30,556 bases of DNA, from contig JBFRWI010000146.1 in assembly GCA_051439505.1 (NCBI GenBank), positions 1-30,556 on the forward strand, read 5' to 3'. This document shows, one piece after another, positions 1-6,818 of this stretch. The notes beneath the pieces are model-generated. The model saw only the letters and a list, made by a program, of their open reading frames with translations. It ran no database searches and was not told the DNA's origin. Positions within the stretch are counted from its first letter, which is position 1. Each line of letters begins with the position of its first letter. Source of the DNA: Hormoscilla sp. GTDB lineage: Bacteria; Cyanobacteriota; Cyanobacteriia; Cyanobacteriales; Desertifilaceae. The translations under genes and the position numbers were made by a program.

Positions 1-124
1 AAGGATCTTCTCTCGGCGAGAAAAGGATCTTCTCTCGGCGAGAAAAGGATCTTCTCTCGGCGAGAAAAGGATCTTCTCTCGGCGAGAAAAGGATCTTCTC
101 TCGGCGAGAAAAGGATCTTCTCTC
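1..124. repeat. Perfect 22-bp tandem repeat (AAGGATCTTCTCTCGGCGAGAA) x5 plus a 14-bp partial; probably continues past the window edge
   Basis: Identical units at 1, 23, 45, 67, 89 and a partial at 111-124; no spacers; each unit has a small TTCTC-N5-GAGAA inverted repeat. Confidence 0.97.
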
Positions 125-241
125 ATAGCGGAAAAAGTTCTTCTCCCGTAGCGTCGGTGGATCTTCGAGGGTGTGGTCTTGTGCCGGTTGGTAGGAGACC
201 TCGCAGCCCGATTTTTCCCGAACGGTACCCGTGCATGGTCC

Positions 242-274
242 GGCTACAGGAACTAAGCCCACCTGCGCGGGCTA
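242..274 (-). repeat. Partial cyanobacterial REP-like element (AGCCCGCGCAGGTGGGCT-linker-TAGCC)
   Basis: Hairpin AGCCCGC/GTGGGCT followed by a linker ending in TAGCC, the same layout as the elements at 540, 3659 and 4810. Confidence 0.5.
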
Positions 275-481
275 TATTATATGCATCACCGGATGCACCC
301 GGTGAGCGCACCCCCCTGTTCCTTCCCTGTTCCCTTCCCCCAACCTATGGATACGCCCGATTGTAATAGCATTTTGTCAAAACAATGCTACAATTAGTTT
401 TAACTTATCGCATTATTATACTATTAGTCGGTTTTAACTCATATCTTGCACCATTCTCAACTAGAGGCAGATCCTCTAGAA

Positions 482-510
482 CTCGTTCCCAGGCGGAGCC
501 AGGGAACGAG
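482..510. repeat. REP-like palindrome CTCGTTCCC-N11-GGGAACGAG
   Basis: Perfect 9-bp inverted repeat with an inner GGC/GCC pairing. Confidence 0.7.
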
Positions 511-539
511 GGTAAAAACACTTTATTTATAAGGTTTTC

Positions 540-593
540 AGTCTGTTTTCAACCGACTTTAGCTATTAGCCGTGGGTTTGAACCCACGGCGGG
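540..593 (+). repeat. Double-hairpin dispersed repeat, copy 1
   Basis: AGTCTGTTTTCAACCGACT-TTAGCTATTA-GCCGTGGGTTTGAACCCACGGC; homologous to 3659-3711 and 4810-4862. Confidence 0.9.
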
Positions 594-756
594 CTGACTT
601 CTGCTTCATCAATTGCATAAACAACATATTCTTTGCCTACAGTTAATCTAAAAACTGTTTCCTTGGTTCGATTAACAGCGGGTTCGAGATAATTTTCTGG
701 AAGAGATGCGCCACGGTTGGCGATACAACGAATTTTCATCGTTTATTTAATCTCAC

Positions 757-1191
757 CTATGAGTACAACCTATGATGCGGGTCTAGCCAGACTACATAGA
801 AAATCCTGTCTAGCAGAAACCCGTGTACTCTCCCATGCTCATTAGCAGAGATTTCAAATTGCCACGCCAGATGATTTCTCAGAGCCGCATTGAGACAGGT
901 AAATCCCTGGGGTTCAGTCGTGTCTGGCCAATTGATTTCATGGGTTCGCAATGAAGGCGATCGCAAGTTAATAAAATCATCATACCTGATAGTTGACACA
1001 TCTTTGAGACGTAAGAGCAGTTTTTCGATATAATTTTCACCGCAGCCCGCAATACTAAACTTGGGGTTGCCGTGTAAATCAAGATATTTGAAGGAGAAAA
1101 TCACATCTTCATCATACCTTGACGGTTTATTCCGAGGCTCAGCTTGCTGCTTTGTACGGCTCGGATGCTTGAGTTTCTTCTTCTTCGTCAT
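757..1191 (-). CDS. Putative type II toxin (PanT-like; RelE/ParE-like C-terminal pattern), 144 aa
   Basis: Overlaps the upstream Panacea gene by 53 bp; basic N-terminus; C-terminal WQFEIS..GRVHGF..IFYVVWLDPHHRLY resembles the RelE-superfamily strand pattern; toxin role inferred from context. Confidence 0.6.
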   Translation of the reverse strand: MTKKKKLKHPSRTKQQAEPRNKPSRYDEDVIFSFKYLDLHGNPKFSIAGCGENYIEKLLLRLKDVSTIRYDDFINLRSPSLRTHEINWPDTTEPQGFTCLNAALRNHLAWQFEISANEHGRVHGFLLDRIFYVVWLDPHHRLYS

Positions 1192-1642
1192 CTTCGAGCA
1201 AAGTTTTGTAATATTTTTGCATAAATTTTTGGGAAATCACCGCCTCCGAATGTTCATCTATTGGCATTCCTCCACGCGCTTTCCGCCAGGGGTCTTCCTC
1301 CTGAGTCATCCTTTCCAGATGGTAGGATCTGTTCCTGCCATAAACATCAATTACTTCTAGCATATGCTCTTCTACATGCTTTGGCAATGCTACTTTTTCT
1401 GGATATTCGCCGATCGCATTCCACTTAAACTTCTTAAAGCGATCGTACAGTTCTGGTTGCACCGGTCCCTTTGCCCAGGCTTGGAAGTCTTCATCAAACA
1501 GAGGTTTGTCATACAGTGCCATATACCATGCCTGAGCATAGTATACCAATTTTTGCAGGTGCAAGTTGGTAATCAATTCGCCGCGATCGCGACAGAACTT
1601 GATAATATAATCTGCTACTGCATTTGCCGTTGTCTGGGCCAT
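1139..1642 (-). CDS. Panacea (DUF4065/SocA/GepA) antitoxin-domain protein, copy 2
   Basis: Motifs ITNLHLQKLVYYAQAWY, FQAWAKGPV, LERMTQEEDPW; AGGAGG ribosome-binding site upstream. Confidence 0.88.
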   Translation of the reverse strand: MAQTTANAVADYIIKFCRDRGELITNLHLQKLVYYAQAWYMALYDKPLFDEDFQAWAKGPVQPELYDRFKKFKWNAIGEYPEKVALPKHVEEHMLEVIDVYGRNRSYHLERMTQEEDPWRKARGGMPIDEHSEAVISQKFMQKYYKTLLEDDEEEETQASEPYKAAS

Positions 1643-1658
1643 CCCGTCATACCTCCTA

Positions 1659-2177
1659 TCATACTTTTGCTGTTTCTAGAGAACCGCTTCTGACTTTTGG
1701 CGTGAAAACCGATTCTTCATCTTCATCTTCGAGTAAATATTTGTAATATTTCTGCATGGACCGCTTGGAAATCACTACCTCGGAATGTTCGTCCATTGGC
1801 ATTCCCCGACGTACTTTCCGCCACGGGTCTTCGTCGTGAGTCATCCTTTCCAGATAGTAGTATATGTACCTGCCATAAACATCCAGCACTTCTAGTATAT
1901 GCTCTTCTACATGCTTTGGCAATTCTACCTTTTCTGGGTGTTCGCCGATCGCATTCCATTTGTAGCTCGTAAAGCGCTCGTACAGTTCTGGTTGCACCGG
2001 TCCGCTTGCCCAGGCTTGGAACTCTTCATCAAACAGAGGTTTTTCATATAGTGCCAGATACCATGCCTGAGCATAGTATACCAATTTTTGCAGGTGCAAG
2101 TTGGTAATTAAGTCACCGTGCTTGTGGCAGAACTTGATAATATAATCTGCTACTGCATTTGCCGTTGTCTCAGCCAT
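1659..2177 (-). CDS. Panacea (DUF4065/SocA/GepA) antitoxin-domain protein, copy 1
   Basis: Motifs LQKLVYYAQAWY, FQAWASGPV, LERMTHDEDPW; AGGAGG site; about 79% identical to copy 2 over 151 aa by manual alignment. Confidence 0.88.
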   Translation of the reverse strand: MAETTANAVADYIIKFCHKHGDLITNLHLQKLVYYAQAWYLALYEKPLFDEEFQAWASGPVQPELYERFTSYKWNAIGEHPEKVELPKHVEEHILEVLDVYGRYIYYYLERMTHDEDPWRKVRRGMPMDEHSEVVISKRSMQKYYKYLLEDEDEESVFTPKVRSGSLETAKV

Positions 2178-2288
2178 ACTGTCATACCTCCTATGTTATA
2201 TCCTTTAACTTTTATATCATACCTTGGCTGTTTTTGCGGAATGTAGGTTAGATGCACCCCAATATTTCTGGGTTAAGCAGGGGGCAGG

Positions 2289-2414
2289 GAGATTGCTAGC
2301 TGCTGCGCAGCCGCTGCGCTTTTACGAAGTGCGCGACGCAGGAGCGCTACGGGGGGGGTCTCCTCAATTTCCCACAATTTAATCGCGGTTGTCCCCCCCC
2401 TCGCAATGACAAAT
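2289..2414 (-). repeat. GTCATTGCGA-Gn-N34-Cn-GnAGCAATCTC dispersed element, copy A, with a nested 51-bp insert
   Basis: Ends match copies at 3286-3357 and 18084-18160; extra segment 2299-2349 is bounded by a GCTA direct repeat. Confidence 0.8.
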
Positions 2415-2451
2415 ACAATCTTTAACCGAGAAGTATTGATTCGAGAATATC

Positions 2452-3222
2452 TTAGGGGCGAAATAGGTGAGAGTGTTCGGGATGGTAGAGGCGCGATCGC
2501 CCCCCTTCTCGCCTCAAAGCAGGACTAACCAAATAAAGGGTAGTGCGAATGAGATTTTCCCGCTGGCTAACAGCGGCCATTTCCGTCAAGTCCACCACCC
2601 AGATTTTTTCATCTGGCCAACCCAAGCGGTAACAAATTGCCACGGGAGTATCGCCAGAATAATGTTGCATCAACTTATCTTGGGCAGTTTCCACGTGACG
2701 GGCACTTAAATAAAGACACAAACTGGCTTTATGTGCAGCTAAAGATGCCAACTCTTCTGCCGCAGGCACTCCCGAAGCACGGCCACTAATGCGAGTCAGA
2801 ATAATTGTTTGCACCAATTCTGGTACAGTCAGCTCAACTTGAAGTTTTGCTGCTGCTAACTGAAAAGCACTAATTCCGGGGATAATCTCAAAAGGAATAT
2901 CTGCCTCTGCGAGAGTTTGCATTTGCTCGTGGATCGCACTGTAAAGACTGAGATCCCCAGAATGCAGGCGCACAACCGATCGCTGCTGTTGCACTCGCTC
3001 AATCATTACTGGTAAAATCTCTTCAAGAGTTTGATTTCCAGTACGAATAACCTCCGCATCAGCACGCACGTCCCGCAAGATTTGCCTCGGCACCAGAGAG
3101 TCCGCAAATAAAATTACATCCGCGATCGCCAGAATTTTTGCCGCCTTAACAGTCAGTAAATCTGGGTCTCCAGGGCCGGCCCCCACAAAATATACTGCTG
3201 GTTCTAGATAATTTTCTTGCAA
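2452..3222 (-). CDS. cobM: Precorrin-4 C11-methyltransferase
   Basis: VYFVGAGPGDPDLLT, VVRLHSGDLSLYSAIHEQ, ELTVPELVQTIILTR, SRLY; TTG at 3222 preferred because the ATG at 3294 lies inside a repeat. Confidence 0.93.
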   Translation of the reverse strand: MQENYLEPAVYFVGAGPGDPDLLTVKAAKILAIADVILFADSLVPRQILRDVRADAEVIRTGNQTLEEILPVMIERVQQQRSVVRLHSGDLSLYSAIHEQMQTLAEADIPFEIIPGISAFQLAAAKLQVELTVPELVQTIILTRISGRASGVPAAEELASLAAHKASLCLYLSARHVETAQDKLMQHYSGDTPVAICYRLGWPDEKIWVVDLTEMAAVSQRENLIRTTLYLVSPALRREGGRSRLYHPEHSHLFRP

Positions 3223-3285
3223 TTCCCAAATCCCCAATTTATATATAGCGTTTCTAAAATTGATGTCGGATAGTTTTTCTAGCCT

Positions 3286-3357
3286 ATTTGTCATTGCGAG
3301 GGGGGGAGGACTAGCGAGTAACTTATGCTTTATGAGTTAACCCCCCGAAGCAATCTC
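3286..3357 (+). repeat. GTCATTGCGA-Gn-N34-Cn-GAAGCAATCTC dispersed element, copy B
   Basis: G7 run 3300-3306, 34-nt loop, C6 run 3341-3346, GAAGCAATCTC end. Confidence 0.8.
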
Positions 3358-3522
3358 ACCAATAGCATATCACACTAATCACCAGAAGTGCTATAATCAA
3401 TGCTGGACAGGATCTCTTCCGGAACAGACCCAGCCGATCGAGTAGCTAACAATAATGGTAATGCACCCTAGGTCAACCCTGGAGTTAATAACTACAGGTT
3501 CTTTTTGTTTCTATTCCTTCCA

Positions 3523-3627
3523 TCATATATACACGCCGTATTCAATTCTCTTCAGCAGTTCGTCTACCTGTTGAGTTCCGGCATCAGTGTCCAATAGCTC
3601 AAATGGAATTGCCCCTGATAATGCACG
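3523..3627 (-). pseudogene. C-terminal remnant of an Xre/MbcA/ParS (DUF2384) antitoxin
   Basis: Minus-strand translation RALSGAIPFELLDTDAGTQQVDELLKRIEYGVYI-stop matches the family C-terminus; in-frame TAA two codons upstream and no start codon. Confidence 0.8.
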
Positions 3628-3658
3628 ATCTTATCATCCCCTGTGCAACAAAATTTTT

Positions 3659-3711
3659 AGTCGGTTTCAACCGACTTTAGCTTTTAGCCGGGGGTTTGAA
3701 CCCCCGGCGGG
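3659..3711 (+). repeat. Double-hairpin dispersed repeat, copy 2
   Basis: AGTCGGTTTCAACCGACT...GCCGGGGGTTTGAACCCCCGGC. Confidence 0.9.
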
Positions 3712-3748
3712 CTACCGCTACCGCTATTGTTGACAATGTTACAAGATA

Positions 3749-4621
3749 TCAATTAAGCTGCGAACCCGTATCATTATTTGAGACGGAGACAACATCTGGA
3801 AGGGGGCGACGCAACAGGTAAAGCCAACTTAAACCGGCCAAACCAAGCCCGATCGCCAGCAAACTGACCACTTGAGCAATGCGCAAAGGGCCCAGCATCA
3901 GGCTATCAGTACGCAAGCCCTCAATCCAGAATCTACCCAAGCTGTAGGATATCATGTAAACTAGAAACAACGTCCCCAGTTTCAAATGGGGCTTTCCCCG
4001 CAAACCCCGAAAGAATAAAGTCAGCAGCAAGCCAAACACCATCAGATTCCACAGGGACTCATACAGAAAAGTGGGATGGAAATATTCAAAATTCATATAT
4101 TCCAGGGGACGGCTTTCTACCGGAATATACAGTTTCCAAGGCAAGTCCGTCGGGCCCCCGAAAGCTTCCGAGTTGAAAAAATTCCCCCAACGCCCGATCG
4201 CCTGACCGAGAATGAGAGAAGGGGCCACCAGATCCGCCAATTGCCAGAAGGGAATGCGATTTAGTCTGGCAAAAATCAACGAAGCAATTATCCCCCCGAT
4301 AATCGCACCGTGAATGGCAATGCCACCCTTCCAAATCGCAATGATATCCCCAGGGTGGTCTGCATAATTTTGCCACTGAAACAGCACGTAGTAAATGCGG
4401 GCGCAGGGAATAGCGCCAATCACCAGACAAACAGCCAAATCCCCAAGCAGTTCTGGGTTAACCTGGCGGCGGGATGCCAGATACTGAGATAAAAATAACC
4501 CAATCAACACCGCTGAGGCAATCAACAGACCGTACCAACGCAGCACAACTGGACCCAACTTCAGGATCTCAGAACCTGGCGAGGTAAATGTGAAAGACAG
4601 AATAGAAGTATTTAGGATCAT
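3749..4621 (-). CDS. lgt: Prolipoprotein diacylglyceryl transferase
   Basis: [60 protein letters not shown] at 4621 preferred. Confidence 0.96.
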   Translation of the reverse strand: MILNTSILSFTFTSPGSEILKLGPVVLRWYGLLIASAVLIGLFLSQYLASRRQVNPELLGDLAVCLVIGAIPCARIYYVLFQWQNYADHPGDIIAIWKGGIAIHGAIIGGIIASLIFARLNRIPFWQLADLVAPSLILGQAIGRWGNFFNSEAFGGPTDLPWKLYIPVESRPLEYMNFEYFHPTFLYESLWNLMVFGLLLTLFFRGLRGKPHLKLGTLFLVYMISYSLGRFWIEGLRTDSLMLGPLRIAQVVSLLAIGLGLAGLSWLYLLRRPLPDVVSVSNNDTGSQLN

Positions 4622-4638
4622 TTGGGGAAGGACTAAGC

Positions 4639-4670
4639 AATTCAAAATTCAAAATTCAAAATTCAAAATT
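4639..4670. repeat. Heptamer STRR tract (AATTCAA)x4
   Basis: Read directly from sequence. Confidence 0.85.
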
Positions 4671-4809
4671 GGGAAAGCCATTGAGGGCAATCCTTTCAGA
4701 AGATCGGCCTATGCAATTTCAATGCACGACAGCTTATCTCCAACAATTATATTATCCCATTTGGGAAAAACCATGCTACAATTACTTCAAACTTCAAACA
4801 TTATTTATT

Positions 4810-4862
4810 AGTCGGTTTTAACCGACTTCAGCTATTAGCCGGGGGTTTGAACCCCCGGCGGG
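4810..4862 (+). repeat. Double-hairpin dispersed repeat, copy 3
   Basis: AGTCGGTTTTAACCGACT...GCCGGGGGTTTGAACCCCCGGC. Confidence 0.9.
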
Positions 4863-4898
4863 ATAACAGCGAAGTGACTGTATCATCATTAAATCAAA

Positions 4899-5969
4899 AT
4901 GCTATTGCACATGTCTACTATGCCCATTGTCGAGCATCGGACCGCCAAAACTGACTCCCAACCCCTATTGGGCGCTTCTTTAGAGGAATTGACAGCTTGG
5001 GTGCAGCACTGCGGGCAACCGGCTTATCGGGGGCGACAACTACACCAATGGATTTATCAACAGGGGGCCCGTACCCTTCTGGACATCACCGTTTTTCCCA
5101 AGCAATGGCGCGAAACCCTCGCAGATGTACACATTGGCCGTTCCACAATCAGCCGCCGAGTGCAAGCACCCGACGGCACCATCAAGTATCTCCTGCAACT
5201 GGCAGATGGTCAAATTATCGAAACCGTTGGCATCCCCACCGACAAGCGCCTCACCGTTTGCGTCTCTTCCCAGGTAGGATGTCCCATGGCCTGCGACTTT
5301 TGCGCCACCGGTAAAGGAGGCTTCCAGCGAAATCTCCAAAGTCATGAAATAATCGACCAGGTGTTGACCGTCCAAGAGGACTTTCAGCGACGAGTCAGCA
5401 ATATCGTCTTTATGGGCATGGGGGAACCCCTGCTAAATATTGATAACCTGTTAGCTGCCGTCAGGTCGCTTAACCAAGATGTGAGTATCGGACAGCGGTT
5501 AATGACCATCTCCACCGTAGGCATTCCCGGACGTATTCGGGCCCTGGCCTCTGAGAAACTGCAAGTTACCCTCGCTGTGAGCCTCCACGCCTCCAACCAA
5601 CAGCTGCGGGAACGCCTGATTCCCAGTGCCAAACCCTATGATTTAGAACAGCTATTGGCAGAATGCCGGGAATACGTGCAGCAAACCAACCGTAGAGTCA
5701 CCTTTGAATATATCTTGCTAGCCGGGGTAAATGACTTGCCCGCCCATGCTGAAGAACTGGCCCGACATCTGCGGGGTTTCCAAACTCACGTCAATCTGAT
5801 TCCCTATAATCCGATCGGCGACGCCGATTACCAACGTCCGGGGCGTCGCCGAATTCGCGCTTTTGTTAAGGTATTGGAAGAGCAACATATTGCGGTGAGC
5901 GTGCGCTATTCCCGAGGACTGGCAGCTGACGCCGCTTGCGGTCAGCTACGAGCCTCGAAGCTTGACTAG
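4899..5969 (+). CDS. rlmN: 23S rRNA A2503 C2-methyltransferase (radical SAM); start may be 4911 or 4920
   Basis: [18 protein letters not shown] (CxxxCxxC), MGMGEP, VSLHA, VNLIPYN, AACGQL. Confidence 0.96.
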   Translation: MLLHMSTMPIVEHRTAKTDSQPLLGASLEELTAWVQHCGQPAYRGRQLHQWIYQQGARTLLDITVFPKQWRETLADVHIGRSTISRRVQAPDGTIKYLLQLADGQIIETVGIPTDKRLTVCVSSQVGCPMACDFCATGKGGFQRNLQSHEIIDQVLTVQEDFQRRVSNIVFMGMGEPLLNIDNLLAAVRSLNQDVSIGQRLMTISTVGIPGRIRALASEKLQVTLAVSLHASNQQLRERLIPSAKPYDLEQLLAECREYVQQTNRRVTFEYILLAGVNDLPAHAEELARHLRGFQTHVNLIPYNPIGDADYQRPGRRRIRAFVKVLEEQHIAVSVRYSRGLAADAACGQLRASKLD

Positions 5970-6145
5970 CCACCCCAGTATATACCGGGAGCATAAGCCT
6001 CTACCACTTTACCCGTCACAGAGCAGGTAATCATCAGGTAGTCACAGACTGGGCATTCCGTCCGAGTCTGCCGGTTGCTGGTCAGATAGTTGCGTTCAGC
6101 ATGAGAACCGCAGTTAGGGCACCGAATTGCTTGTGTTATTTGCAT
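5966..6145 (-). CDS. Small cyanobacterial zinc-ribbon protein (59 aa), function unknown
   Basis: [41 protein letters not shown] upstream of the ATG at 6145; stop overlaps the rlmN stop convergently. Confidence 0.8.
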   Translation of the reverse strand: MQITQAIRCPNCGSHAERNYLTSNRQTRTECPVCDYLMITCSVTGKVVEAYAPGIYWGG

Positions 6146-6487
6146 TTTCTTATCACTCCCTTCAATTACTTGTTTTTCTGTGTGGTCGTAAAAGGATGTT
6201 ATGCACTGATGATTCATTTTCATCAAAAATAATTAACAAAACTTATCTCCACCTCGCTAATTACCCCAGAATCAGCCAGTAGAGACTCGGGTTTTGCCTA
6301 TACCGACATTATATGCTTTTTCTTTGGGTTTGTCATCACTGCACGGGCCGGGGATCGCTGACGAGCAAACCGATCCCCGGAATCGTAATCTCCTTTGTCT
6401 GCGGGGGTTTCGCCCCACGATCCCCTGTAATAGCGGGCCGTAAACGCCCAAATTTATGGGCGATTTTGACATAAAACTTTGGAGATG

Positions 6488-6505
6488 TTTACATAAGTTT
6501 ATATA
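6488..6505 (+). promoter_or_regulatory. HLR1-like direct repeat (candidate RpaB site)
   Basis: TTTACATA-AG-TTTATATA against consensus (G/T)TTACA(T/A)(T/A)-N2-repeat, one mismatch. Confidence 0.45.
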
Positions 6506-6818
6506 GAATTGTAAAGTTGGCTAAACGGGAAACTCCGCAGCTTGACTGAGTTCGCCGAACCTTCTGGGCAGAGATCAATTATAATTAGCTAGTAGATAGG
6601 GTTGGATATATAATAAATCCCTCTCCAAAAAAATCAGCGCCATACCGCGTAGCAGTCCTGAAGGAACCGGGCGCTTTCTAGCCCGAAACTCCCTGCCAGA
6701 GTAAGTTGATTCCATCTCAAATATAAAATTGGTATAACAGAACCAGCGCCTAGCTAGTGCGCTATGGTAAAATGCTATTCGTTACTACAAAAAAGTTTTT
6801 ACTTCAAGCTGAATCACC

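Noticed and set aside
1..124. CRISPR array
   Set aside because: Units are contiguous with no spacers, and no cas genes are in the window
3223..3294. N-terminal extension of CobM in the ORF track
   Set aside because: The ATG lies in the GTCAT end of a repeat and the extension has no CobM similarity
5966..6145. PriA helicase label often attached to this small protein type
   Set aside because: Only 59 aa with two CxxC pairs and no helicase motifs
6348..6390. Hammerhead ribozyme suggested by CTGACGA in the loop
   Set aside because: No stem II followed by GAAA and no stem III/UH cleavage site
6630..6690. Glutamine riboswitch suggested by CTGAAGGAAC
   Set aside because: The 5' CGTT strand and GGAAGTA E-loop partner are absent
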